Source: an uncultured Spirochaetaceae bacterium (lineage in GTDB: Bacteria > Spirochaetota > Spirochaetia > Sphaerochaetales > Sphaerochaetaceae). From it: DNA of 64,000 nt. Below the pieces are notes generated by a model. That model worked only from the letters and a program-made list of their open reading frames with translations. It had not been told where the DNA came from and ran no database searches. This document shows positions 55,327-64,000 of this stretch, one piece after another (within the stretch, counting starts at the first letter, position 1; each line of letters begins with the position of its first letter). Position numbers and translations under genes: made by a program. The stretch lies in assembly GCA_964543935.1 (NCBI GenBank), contig CAZJAK010000001.1, positions 3,912 to 67,911 of the forward strand, read 5' to 3'.

Positions 55327-56817
55327 TTATGAGAATAACGGTTCCATGGCCTTCACATAGTCCATGTACCGTCCATACGCCACACCATACTGCCGAACGC
55401 TCTCTGCATCGGGCAGGTATTTCTTACCCTCCATCACGACGTGCGAATCGACAATCTCCTCCAACGCCACCTGCTCGCCACACGAATGGCGGTAAGCCCA
55501 CCAGGCTTGCAGGGCGGCCCCGAAGGCGGCTGCCTCGGCGACAGCGGGTACCTGTACCGGCACATCGCAGGTATCGGCCGTCATCTGCCGCCACAATTCA
55601 GATTTCGCCCCTCCTCCGATAAGTTGGATGCCGCGAGGCTCGAATCCCAGTTCCCTGAAAGCATCAAGGCCATACCTCAGGCCGAATATTGCGCTTTCCA
55701 TGGCTGAACGGGCGATGCATTCCTCGTTCATGTTGTCCAACGTGAACCCCATCAGGCACCCGCGCCCATGCGGATAGTCGGGAGTGCGTTCCCCGTTGAA
55801 GTAGGGCAGCATCACCACTCCTTTGGATCCGATCGGGGCTTGGGCCGCCTTGCGGTCGAAATCCTTGACTCCCAACGAGAATAGCGTGCGGGTCATCTCG
55901 GTGGCAACCGTGCAGTTCATCGTGCACAACAGCGGCAGCCACGAGCCGCTGGATGAGCAGAATGCAGCCAAGCGGCCTTGGGGGTCGATGATCGGCTTCG
56001 ATGATGAGCCGAACACGGTCCCGGAAGTCCCCAAGCTCATCGCCAGCATGCCGTCGCGCACGACAGCGGTCCCGATGGCTCCCATCATGTTGTCCCCGCC
56101 TCCGGCTGAGACGAAGATCCCCTCGGGGATGCCCAAACGTTTTGCTGCGGCCGCATTGACTGTACCGGCGCACCCGTCGGCGTCGATCAGCGGCGGGAGC
56201 GCCTTCGACAAATCCCGCTGTGGATCGAGGATTTTTAGCAACCGTTGCGACCACTGGCGCTCTCTGATGTCCAGTAGCGCCGTGCCTGAGGCGTCGCCGT
56301 GTTCCATGACATAGGTACCCGTAAGGAGGAAGTTCACCCAATCATGCGGCAGCAGGATTTTCTCCATGCGGTCGTACAGGTCACGGTGATGGGTGCGCAG
56401 CCATAAGATTTTAGGAGCGGTGTAACCGGTTAAGATCAGGTTGCCCTCGTTGGCCAACAAATTGTATTTGCCACCGGCAGCGGAGGTGATTTCATTGCAT
56501 TCAGAGACAGTGGAGGTGTCGTTCCAGAGCTTCACCGGGCGTAGGACTGTTCCTTCGCCGTCGAGTGGCACGAAACCGTGCTGCTGTCCCGAGACTCCAA
56601 TCGCAGTGATGTCGCGGCGCACGTGCTCGGGTAACTTGGCGAAGCACGTGGTGATGGCCTCTGCCCACCAGGAAGCCTCCTGTTCGCGCGTACCGTCCTC
56701 CCGTGCGATCAACTCGTGAGGGGCTTGCGTGAGCCCTACGATGGAACGCGTTTGCGTATCGTAGGCGAGCACTTTGGTGCTTTGCGTCCCTACGTCGATT
56801 CCTACCACTATGGCCAT
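55327..56817 (-). CDS. xylB: Xylulokinase (FGGY family)
   Basis: [21 protein letters not shown]-terminus and GGGAKS near the C-terminus. It lies directly upstream of xylA. Confidence 0.88.
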   Translation of the reverse strand: MAIVVGIDVGTQSTKVLAYDTQTRSIVGLTQAPHELIAREDGTREQEASWWAEAITTCFAKLPEHVRRDITAIGVSGQQHGFVPLDGEGTVLRPVKLWNDTSTVSECNEITSAAGGKYNLLANEGNLILTGYTAPKILWLRTHHRDLYDRMEKILLPHDWVNFLLTGTYVMEHGDASGTALLDIRERQWSQRLLKILDPQRDLSKALPPLIDADGCAGTVNAAAAKRLGIPEGIFVSAGGGDNMMGAIGTAVVRDGMLAMSLGTSGTVFGSSSKPIIDPQGRLAAFCSSSGSWLPLLCTMNCTVATEMTRTLFSLGVKDFDRKAAQAPIGSKGVVMLPYFNGERTPDYPHGRGCLMGFTLDNMNEECIARSAMESAIFGLRYGLDAFRELGFEPRGIQLIGGGAKSELWRQMTADTCDVPVQVPAVAEAAAFGAALQAWWAYRHSCGEQVALEEIVDSHVVMEGKKYLPDAESVRQYGVAYGRYMDYVKAMEPLFS

Positions 56818-56929
56818 GTTTGGTTCCTCCGTTGATAAAAACCGCCCCCAGAATCCCTATATGAATAGTTTAGCCACAACGATTCACATTGAATAGACAA
56901 AATTGCCAAGGCATGTATATTATTGACCT

Positions 56930-57784
56930 ATGGACATTCTTGACGCGGTCTTCGTCTATCAGATGCGCCAACGGGATGAACTGCGCTGGCACGGGCGCAC
57001 CCACTGCCATCGCGACAACGAGTTCGAAGTCCATTATTTCCTCGGGGGAGAAGGCGAATTCGTCAACGGCAAGACCTGTTTCGCCATCCGCTCTGGCTCG
57101 CTGTTCATCTCCAGTCCGAGCACGGTGCATGCCATCAAGGCGACCGCCCGTGATCCGGTGACGTATTACGCCATCCTGATGAACCTTGCGCCCGACGAGA
57201 CGCTGCTGATCGATACCTTGGCCGAATTGGAACGGCACATGCCGTACCACATCGGGACCAACTACCGCTTCTTTTTCGAAGAAGTCAAGGAGAAGGGGCT
57301 CTCATCGGTCGGGCAACGCCGCCAGTCGGCTTGCCACCAAATGTTCTCACTGTTGTTCCAACTCAATGCTGAGGGCTCCCAAGTCGGCGGCAACGATTCC
57401 GACAGCCGCCACCTCGAACGGGCTTTGCGGATCATGCAGAAGAACGTCATGGGCACGTTGACGTTGGGAGAACTTGCCGCCGAATTGAACCTGACCCGCT
57501 CCTACTTCATCCGGCTGTTCGAAAAGCGCATGCATCAAACCCCGATGAAGTACTACATGAAGCTCAAGATCGAAGCGGCCGGGGCGTTGCTCACCTGTAC
57601 AGACTTGTCTGTCAAGGAAATATCAGCCCGACTTGGCTTTTCCAGCGAGTTTCATTTCAGCAAGCAGTTCAAGCTGAAGACAGGCCTGGCCCCGACTCTG
57701 TACCGGCGCAATTACTTGCAACAACTTGGCGAGACGATCGGGCAGAATCCTCAGATCGAAGATGGCGTTACAACAACAAGGTGA
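56930..57784 (+). CDS. AraC-family regulator (cupin sensor plus HTH), divergent from xylBA
   Basis: Cupin-like N-domain (HCHRDNEFEVHYFLGGEG). The C-terminal HTH is LTLGELAAELNLTRSYFIRLFEKRMHQTPMKY...ARLGFSSEFHFSKQFK. Confidence 0.85.
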   Translation: MDILDAVFVYQMRQRDELRWHGRTHCHRDNEFEVHYFLGGEGEFVNGKTCFAIRSGSLFISSPSTVHAIKATARDPVTYYAILMNLAPDETLLIDTLAELERHMPYHIGTNYRFFFEEVKEKGLSSVGQRRQSACHQMFSLLFQLNAEGSQVGGNDSDSRHLERALRIMQKNVMGTLTLGELAAELNLTRSYFIRLFEKRMHQTPMKYYMKLKIEAAGALLTCTDLSVKEISARLGFSSEFHFSKQFKLKTGLAPTLYRRNYLQQLGETIGQNPQIEDGVTTTR

Positions 57785-58445
57785 TGGCGACGGTTGCCAA
57801 ACCGGTCGCGAACACGGCGATGCTGCTCATGGCACCCTGTACTTCACCGAGCTCGATCGCCTTGGTCGTCCCGATCAGGTGCGTGCTCGCCCCGATGGCG
57901 AGCCCTTGCGCGACTGGATCGTTCGGGCAGAAAAGCTTGATCATGTAGGGGATCACTAAAACACCGAATATCCCGGTGACCAGTACCGCCAAGATTGTCA
58001 GCGACGGCACTCCGCCGAGCATGTCCGAAAGCTCGACAGCGATGGCGTTGGTCACCGATTTGGGGATGAGCGAGGCTTTCAACACATCACCGAGGTTGAA
58101 CAAACGCGCACCGAGCAGCACGATGCCGATCGAAACCGCCGCGCCCACGGCACATCCAAGCGTGACGGGAAGCCAATACGCCTTCAAGTCAGCCAATTGG
58201 CGGTAGACCGCCAAACCGAGCATCGAAGTTGCCGGCACGATCATCATGACCAATAAGTCACCGCCTTTTTGGTAACTTGCCAAGGGGAGCCCGGTGAGCT
58301 TTATCGTGGCTATGACGATGGCCATGGCGATGACGATCGGGTTTGCCAACGGCGAACGGACCTTTCGTTGCACGGCCAGCGCCACCACGTACGAGCCCAA
58401 AGTGAGTCCCAAACCCATGAATGGCGATTCCAGCAGGCTATTCAT
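57768..58445 (-). CDS. lrgB: LrgB/CidB-family membrane protein
   Basis: 225-aa polytopic ORF. It overlaps the lrgA-like gene by 8 nt, which is the typical lrgAB arrangement. Confidence 0.82.
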   Translation of the reverse strand: MNSLLESPFMGLGLTLGSYVVALAVQRKVRSPLANPIVIAMAIVIATIKLTGLPLASYQKGGDLLVMMIVPATSMLGLAVYRQLADLKAYWLPVTLGCAVGAAVSIGIVLLGARLFNLGDVLKASLIPKSVTNAIAVELSDMLGGVPSLTILAVLVTGIFGVLVIPYMIKLFCPNDPVAQGLAIGASTHLIGTTKAIELGEVQGAMSSIAVFATGLATVAITLLL

Positions 58446-58812
58446 GCATCCTTCCTTTCGGTGAGCCGATCTTGAGAAACCTGATCATCCGGACCGTTAC
58501 GGCGGTTGAGGCGAAAGCTCCGATGGTGCTCGCGACACAGATGAGCAGAAACGGCACCAAGTGGCCTTTGAGCAAGTCGAACCGTTCGATGAGCCCCACA
58601 CAAGCGGGCACGAAGAACAGGCCCATGTTTTTCAACAGGAAGTCGCCGACATCGGAGATGTGGCTGGTTTTCAAGACTTTCGTCGTTAACAAGACTGTCG
58701 TGAGGATCATGCTCACGATGCTGCCAGGAATGGCTGGGACAAGGTAGAGGGAGATGGCAGCTCCGGCGAGCGCGATCAGACTGATGATGGTGGCTTGGAT
58801 CAAGATGCGCAT
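58438..58812 (-). CDS. lrgA: LrgA/CidA-family holin-like membrane protein
   Basis: 124 aa with 4 TM helices. It lies directly upstream of lrgB. Confidence 0.8.
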   Translation of the reverse strand: MRILIQATIISLIALAGAAISLYLVPAIPGSIVSMILTTVLLTTKVLKTSHISDVGDFLLKNMGLFFVPACVGLIERFDLLKGHLVPFLLICVASTIGAFASTAVTVRMIRFLKIGSPKGRMHE

Positions 58813-58890
58813 GGGATTCGCCTCCAGCGAGGGTTGTGGATAAAATGTAGCCGGTATGTCGAACGAAGTGCAAGGGGGCGCAGGAGCACC

Positions 58891-59262
58891 TCACTCTTGC
58901 TCGGGCCTGAATCCAAGGCTCTCAAGCAACTGCCGTGTATGTGGCGGGAAACCGGACGAGCGCATGGTCATCACGGTGCAGGCATGGCTGTATCGGGCTA
59001 CTATGAATGTGGCCAGAGTCCGCTCGTAGGCGCATCTTTTCGATGAATCGACCGTCGCCAAGATGCGTAAATCGCAACTGCTGTCGGCCTCCGTGGTGAC
59101 GATTACCGCCGAGACTGCTCTGCCGTGCTCTTCCAACACGAACATCTCTCCATCGGACAGCAGGATGCGCACATCCTCGATCAGATGGCCGGCCGTTTCG
59201 AGCAACGGGTAATACAGTTCTTGTTCAAGGTGCGATGTGACATGCCGGATGCAGACAGCCAT
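58891..59262 (-). CDS. Small GNAT-like acetyltransferase-fold protein (tentative)
   Basis: The start at MAVCIRH (59262) has a GGAGAA SD. The C-terminal LLESLGFRPE resembles the end of GNAT folds. There are no firm motifs. Confidence 0.4.
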   Translation of the reverse strand: MAVCIRHVTSHLEQELYYPLLETAGHLIEDVRILLSDGEMFVLEEHGRAVSAVIVTTEADSSCDLRILATVDSSKRCAYERTLATFIVARYSHACTVMTMRSSGFPPHTRQLLESLGFRPEQE

Positions 59263-59420
59263 CTTCGATTCTCCTTCCAAGGATAAGATACCCAGGGAGA
59301 GACGAAATGCCAAATCATGCTGTTATTATTATTCGAAACTGTTTCCTCTTGTAAATGAAAGTAAAACGAAATATAATTGAAAGCAAAATCAAGGATAATG
59401 AAAATTATCAGGAGGTTTCC

Positions 59421-60176
59421 ATGGTCGGTCTTTCCCGACGCGAGGAACAAATCATAGAATTGCTTCAAGGTGAAGGCGAACTGTCTGTAACCGAGTTGAG
59501 CAAACAGCTCGGAGTCTCGGCGGTGACGGTCAGGACCGACTTGCGCAGCCTTGCCGCGAAGGGGATGCTGTTGCGGACCAGGGGCTCGGCTGTAGTCGCT
59601 TACCATCCGCTGTTGCTGGAAAAACAAGCCAGCAATCCAACTGCCAAGGAAGCCATCGCCAAAGCTGCGGCAACGTTAGTTTCGGACGGCGACCGCCTGA
59701 TGATCACCAACGGGACGACCAGTGCCTTGATCGCCCGTTATTTACTCGGCAAACGAGACTTGCAGGTAGTCACCAACTCGACCCTCCTGATACCCTATGC
59801 GAGGACAAACACCAACATGTCGATGACCATCGTGGGAGGTGAGTTCCGGCCCTCTGCCGAGGCGCTGGTTGGACCGAACGCCATCAGGCAACTGCAAGAG
59901 TACCATGTCGCCATCGCCTTTACCGGTACGGATGGATTCACCTTGGAGCATGGCTTGACCACCCATTTGGTCGAGAATGCCGAGATTGTCCGTAAAATGT
60001 GTGCCCAAGCGGTGAAGAAGGTGCTGGTGGCCGACTCATCGAAATATGGAAAACAAGGATTCGTCAGGATTTTCCCCATGTCGGAGATCGATGTGCTGAT
60101 CACCGACAAGGCCTTGCCCGCCGAAGCGGTGCAGCGCCTGACCGACATGGGAATCCAAGTCATGATAGCCGATTGA
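59421..60176 (+). CDS. DeoR-family transcriptional regulator
   Basis: REEQIIELLQGEGELSVTELSKQLGVSAVTVRTDLRSLAAKGML is a DeoR HTH, followed by a C-terminal sugar-phosphate sensor domain. AGGAGG lies upstream of the ATG at 59421. Confidence 0.85.
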   Translation: MVGLSRREEQIIELLQGEGELSVTELSKQLGVSAVTVRTDLRSLAAKGMLLRTRGSAVVAYHPLLLEKQASNPTAKEAIAKAAATLVSDGDRLMITNGTTSALIARYLLGKRDLQVVTNSTLLIPYARTNTNMSMTIVGGEFRPSAEALVGPNAIRQLQEYHVAIAFTGTDGFTLEHGLTTHLVENAEIVRKMCAQAVKKVLVADSSKYGKQGFVRIFPMSEIDVLITDKALPAEAVQRLTDMGIQVMIAD

Positions 60177-60192
60177 TTCAATCAGGAGGGGG

Positions 60193-61467
60193 ATGCCGAT
60201 GGCTGTACAAGTAGTGATGCCGAAACAAGGGAACTCGGTCGAGAGTTGTGTGATCCTCGAATGGAAAAAGGGCGAGGGCGATACCGTCGCCGTGGGTGAG
60301 GTATTGTGTGAAGCCGAGACCGACAAGTCGACCATCGAGGTCGAATCGACCGCACAAGGCATTGTATTGAAGCTCTTGTATGGCGTGGGAGAGGAAGTGC
60401 CAGTGCAACAACCCATCGCCATTGTCGGCGAAGCGGGAGAACGGCTGGATGCGCCGCAAGAGGCCCCGCCCGGCGGGGTATCCCCGCGGGCGCGTGCGGC
60501 TGCCCACGCGGTTGCGGTCGACCTTGGCACTGTCATTGGCAGTGGTGCGAAGGGCAGGGTGATCGAGCGCGATGTCCTTGCTGTCGCTTCCAGTCATGAA
60601 CCGCTTTCTCCAGCCGCCTTGGATAAGGTGCGTGACACGCAAGCAACAGTCCCTGCCTCGGGAACGGGTATTGGTGGCAGGATCGTCCTGGCCGACTTGG
60701 ACACACCGGCTTCCCCTGCCATCCAAAAGATCAATTCCGATGCAGCACCCAAGGTAGCCGATTTCCCTGGGGCTCTGCTTGAAAAACAGCTCAAGAGCGT
60801 GCGCAAGGTCATTGCCAAACGGATGCGCGATTCGTTGTCGACCACTGCCCAACTTACCTTGAACGCCTACGCCGATGCGACGGCCCTCAAGTCGTTGCGG
60901 GCCCGTTTGAAAGGCAGCGACGAGAGCCTTGGATTGCGCAACGTCACTATCAACGACCTGGTGTTGTTTGCCGTTTCGCGCACATTGCCGCTATTTCCCT
61001 CTCTGAACAGCCATTTCCTGGGAGATGTCTGGCGGGAGTTCGAACATGTCCATCTTGGTTGTGCTGTAGACACACCCAAAGGCTTGCTGGTCCCGGTCGT
61101 CCGGTTTGCCGACACCCTTTCGCTTGCGCAGCTCAGCGCCGAGTTCAAGCGCCTCTCGAGTGCTGCCATCGACGGAAAAGCTAGCCCCGATGATCTCTCG
61201 GGCGGAACATTCACCGTGACCAACTTGGGTTCACTCGGGATCGACACCTTCACCCCCGTGCTCAATACTCCGGAGGTGGGCATACTCGGCGTTGGCGGCA
61301 TTTCGAGCCGACCAGTCGAGGACGAGGAGGGCGACATCGCCTTCATTCCCCATATCGCGTTGTCGTTGACCATAGACCATCAAGTGGTCGATGGAGCTCC
61401 TGGGGCCCGTTTTCTCAAGGCATTGTGCACCAATATCGCTTCGATCGACGTGCTGTTGGCGAGGTAG
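60193..61467 (+). CDS. Dihydrolipoamide acyltransferase (E2) of a 2-oxoacid dehydrogenase complex
   Basis: Lipoyl domain with the EAETDKSTIEVES lipoyl-lysine motif, then an Ala/Pro linker, then a catalytic domain with DHQVVDGAPGARF. The start may be the second ATG at 60199. Confidence 0.9.
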   Translation: MPMAVQVVMPKQGNSVESCVILEWKKGEGDTVAVGEVLCEAETDKSTIEVESTAQGIVLKLLYGVGEEVPVQQPIAIVGEAGERLDAPQEAPPGGVSPRARAAAHAVAVDLGTVIGSGAKGRVIERDVLAVASSHEPLSPAALDKVRDTQATVPASGTGIGGRIVLADLDTPASPAIQKINSDAAPKVADFPGALLEKQLKSVRKVIAKRMRDSLSTTAQLTLNAYADATALKSLRARLKGSDESLGLRNVTINDLVLFAVSRTLPLFPSLNSHFLGDVWREFEHVHLGCAVDTPKGLLVPVVRFADTLSLAQLSAEFKRLSSAAIDGKASPDDLSGGTFTVTNLGSLGIDTFTPVLNTPEVGILGVGGISSRPVEDEEGDIAFIPHIALSLTIDHQVVDGAPGARFLKALCTNIASIDVLLAR

Positions 61468-61476
61468 GAGGGCAGG

Positions 61477-62829
61477 ATGGAGACGTATGATGTGATCGTA
61501 ATCGGCTCCGGCCCCGCTGGCTACGTGGCCGCGGAGCGATCGGGGAGCTTGGACAAAAGAGTCTTGCTGATAGAGAAGGATCAACTTGGCGGGGTGTGCA
61601 CCAACCGAGGGTGCATCCCGACCAAGAGCTTGTTGCATGCGGCCAAGACTTATCGCCATGCCCGTGATGGGGAGAAACTGGGTGTGGTGTGCCAGCAGGT
61701 TTCCTTCGACCTTTCCGTTGCGATGGCGTGGAAACGCGAGACTGTAGAAACACTGCGCTCCGGCATTCAGTTTTTGATGAAGAACAACAAGGTCGAAGTG
61801 GTTAGCGCCGAGGCCACATTGGTGGACGCTCACCACGTCAAGGCGGGTGAGGCGGTGTATGAAGGGGCCTCCATCATCATCGCCACCGGATCTTCGCCGG
61901 CGGTACCCCCGATCCCGGGAGCCGATCGTCCCAATGTAGTCACCAGTGATGGGATTTTGGAAATCGAGGCCTTGCCCGCTTCCTTGGTCGTAGTGGGAGG
62001 CGGTGTCATCGGCATCGAGTTCGCCTCATTCTTTTCCTCGGTCGGAGTGCAGGTGACCGTCATCGAGATGATGGACGAGATCTTGCCGATGATGGATGCC
62101 CAAATGGCCAAGCTGATGCGCCGTGAGTTGAAGGATGTCACCTTCCAGCTTGGTTGCAAGGTGCAAAGCATCACCGCAGAGGGGGTCGATTTCACCGATT
62201 CGAAGGGGAAATCGGGTACTGCCCACGGGGAATTGGTGTTGCTGAGCGTCGGGCGTCGTCCGAACTTGAGAGGGACCGAAACGTTGGGATTGGCGGTGAA
62301 CCGCTCGGGTATCATCGTCGACGACCGGTTGCAGACCAATGTAGCTGGTGTCTATGCCATCGGGGATGTCAATGGCCGTTCCTTGCTGGCCCACAGCGCT
62401 TCACGGATGGCAGAAGTGGTCGTCTCGAACTTGTTCGGGACCAAGACGATGCGCATGCGCTGGAATGCCATCCCGTGGGCTGTGTACGGGCTTCCCGAAG
62501 CAGCCGGGTGCGGGATCACTGAACAGGAAGCCACCAAGCAAGGGCGAAAGGTTCTCGTCGGTACCGTGCAGATGCGTTCGAACGGACGGTTCTTGGCAGA
62601 GAACGGCAAACGTGCGACCGGGCTGTGCAAAGTGATCGCCGATGAGGCGACCAAGGTCATCCTGGGCATCCACTTGCTCGGGCCGTACAGCAGCGAGATC
62701 ATTGCCGCCGCTGTCCCGATTATCGAGGCGGAGTTGCGGGTCAAGGACGTCAAGGAAATCGTATTCCCCCATCCAAGTGTCGCAGAAATCATCAAAGATG
62801 CGGTCTACGCGATAGACCACACCCTGTAA
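61477..62829 (+). CDS. lpdA: Dihydrolipoyl dehydrogenase (E3)
   Basis: [14 protein letters not shown] site, the [16 protein letters not shown] redox disulfide and a C-terminal HPSVAE motif. Confidence 0.95.
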   Translation: METYDVIVIGSGPAGYVAAERSGSLDKRVLLIEKDQLGGVCTNRGCIPTKSLLHAAKTYRHARDGEKLGVVCQQVSFDLSVAMAWKRETVETLRSGIQFLMKNNKVEVVSAEATLVDAHHVKAGEAVYEGASIIIATGSSPAVPPIPGADRPNVVTSDGILEIEALPASLVVVGGGVIGIEFASFFSSVGVQVTVIEMMDEILPMMDAQMAKLMRRELKDVTFQLGCKVQSITAEGVDFTDSKGKSGTAHGELVLLSVGRRPNLRGTETLGLAVNRSGIIVDDRLQTNVAGVYAIGDVNGRSLLAHSASRMAEVVVSNLFGTKTMRMRWNAIPWAVYGLPEAAGCGITEQEATKQGRKVLVGTVQMRSNGRFLAENGKRATGLCKVIADEATKVILGIHLLGPYSSEIIAAAVPIIEAELRVKDVKEIVFPHPSVAEIIKDAVYAIDHTL

Positions 62830-62851
62830 TGTAGAGAGGAGCCAAGCAACC

Positions 62852-64000
62852 ATGTCCAAACAACTACCATTCGAACCGTCCAATCTCAGGAAACAAGGGA
62901 TGCTCAGTATTCCCCAGATTCCTTTGAACCAGTATGTACCCGATTTCAAGCAGGAGCTCAAACGCTACGGCAAAGAACGTTTGCTCAGGGTCTACTACGA
63001 TATGCTCGTCATCCGTGAGTTCGAGACGATGCTCGATGCAATCAAGAAGGAGGGTGTCTATCAGGGCATCCAGTACAACCACAAGGGTCCGGCCCACTTG
63101 AGTGCCGGTCAGGAATCGGCAGCGGTCGGACAAGCGATGAACCTCGACCCTGAGGACTTCATCTTCGGGTCGCACCGCAGCCATGGCGAGATTTTAGCCA
63201 AATGCCTTTCCGCCATCGCCAAGATGGACGATACAGCCATCACGGCCATCCTTGAAGACTACATGGGTGGGGAGACGTATGCCGTAGTGCGGCAACGGTT
63301 TGCCGGATCGAGTGTCAAAGACACCGCCGAAAACTTCATCATCTACGGGACATTGGCCGAAATCTATGCCAAACGGACTGGTTTTTCGCGAGGCCTCGGC
63401 GGTTCGATGCATACCTTCTTCGCTCCGTTCGGTAGCATGCCGAACAACGCCATTGTCGGCGGTTCGGGTTCGATCGCCTTCGGAGCGGCTTTGTTCAAGA
63501 AAATCAACCGTAAAAAGGGAATCGTCATCGGCAACATCGGGGACGGAGCCTTGGCGCGCGGACCGGTCTGGGAGGCAATGAACATGGCCTCGATGGATCA
63601 GTACCAGACCTTGTGGAACGAACTTCCGGGAGCTCCGCCCTACATGCTCAACGTGTTCGACAATTTTTACGGGATGGGTGGGCAACCGGTTGGCGAGACG
63701 ATGGGGTTCGGCATCGCCGCCCGCATCGGGGCGGCCCTCAATCCGGATGCCATGCACGCCGAACGGGTCGACGGTTTCAATCCGTTGGCGGTTGCCGATG
63801 CGGTAGCCCGCAAGAAGGAGCTGCTGCTGGCCGGCAAGGGGCCGGTCTTCATGGACACCATCACGTACCGCTTCAGCGGGCACAGCCCTTCCGATGCGAT
63901 GACCTATCGTACCAAGGAAGAGTTGGATGCCTTCAAGGCCCAAGACCCATTGGCAGCCTATGGTTCCTATATCTGCACCAATGGTGTGGCGAATGAACAG
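62852..64000 (+). CDS. TPP-dependent 2-oxoacid dehydrogenase E1 alpha subunit (3' end beyond window)
   Basis: My own translation from the ATG at 62852 (SD GAGAGGAG) reads [15 protein letters not shown]...[11 protein letters not shown]...[12 protein letters not shown]...[15 protein letters not shown]...[10 protein letters not shown]. The frame is open to 64000. It is not in the ORF track because it has no stop. Confidence 0.85.
   Translation, partial: MSKQLPFEPSNLRKQGMLSIPQIPLNQYVPDFKQELKRYGKERLLRVYYDMLVIREFETMLDAIKKEGVYQGIQYNHKGPAHLSAGQESAAVGQAMNLDPEDFIFGSHRSHGEILAKCLSAIAKMDDTAITAILEDYMGGETYAVVRQRFAGSSVKDTAENFIIYGTLAEIYAKRTGFSRGLGGSMHTFFAPFGSMPNNAIVGGSGSIAFGAALFKKINRKKGIVIGNIGDGALARGPVWEAMNMASMDQYQTLWNELPGAPPYMLNVFDNFYGMGGQPVGETMGFGIAARIGAALNPDAMHAERVDGFNPLAVADAVARKKELLLAGKGPVFMDTITYRFSGHSPSDAMTYRTKEELDAFKAQDPLAAYGSYICTNGVANEQ

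Noticed and set aside
54285-55622. 445-aa plus-strand ORF
   Set aside because: It is antisense to xylA and the xylB 3' end. It is a spurious GC-driven frame.
63194-63943. 249-aa minus-strand ORF at the right edge
   Set aside because: It is antisense to the E1 alpha gene. That gene is missing from the ORF track only because it has no stop inside the window. My own translation of the plus frame from 62852 gives TPP-enzyme motifs.

Overview
This is a dense chromosomal window from a visibly GC-rich bacterium. I call about 62 protein-coding genes. I found no rRNA, tRNA, CRISPR array, transposase or integrase. Taxon cannot be assigned without a database search.

Most of the content is core housekeeping:
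- corA, a phosphosugar mutase, rsmA, pta, mtaB, cysE and argS.
- The rplU-rpmA-obg-nadD-yqeK-rsfS block.
- A gltX-glyQS-tyrS run.
- gdhA, then mtnA and mtaD.
- Sugar catabolism genes: fucI/fucU and xylA/xylB with an AraC regulator.
- lrgAB, and a DeoR-led 2-oxoacid dehydrogenase cluster (E2-E3-E1alpha) that runs off the right edge.
- Four ABC transporter sets, two MFS transporters, one MATE and one AEC transporter.

The one accessory-looking locus lies at 31.6-35.9 kb. It is a tightly coupled, co-directional cassette with its own TATAAT promoter, in this gene order:
- a CpsB-type PHP phosphatase;
- an ABC/AAA_21-like ATPase;
- an RloB-like (Toprim-type) protein that seems to have lost catalytic acidic residues;
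- a 7-TM LuxR-type regulator;
- an alpha/beta hydrolase.

The ATPase plus RloB core resembles AbiL/PARIS-type anti-phage pairs. The wiring to a membrane transcription factor is unusual, and this is my top candidate for an undescribed system.

Other items worth a second look:
- an 89-aa hyper-acidic protein with its own SD and terminator;
- tandem paralogous substrate-binding genes separated by an AT-rich nested inverted repeat;
- an ATTGAT-repeat operator-like island upstream of gdhA;
- a long structured corA leader;
- a probable leaderless gph-like gene.

All coordinates and motifs were read by eye from the sequence and the ORF track. No searches were run.
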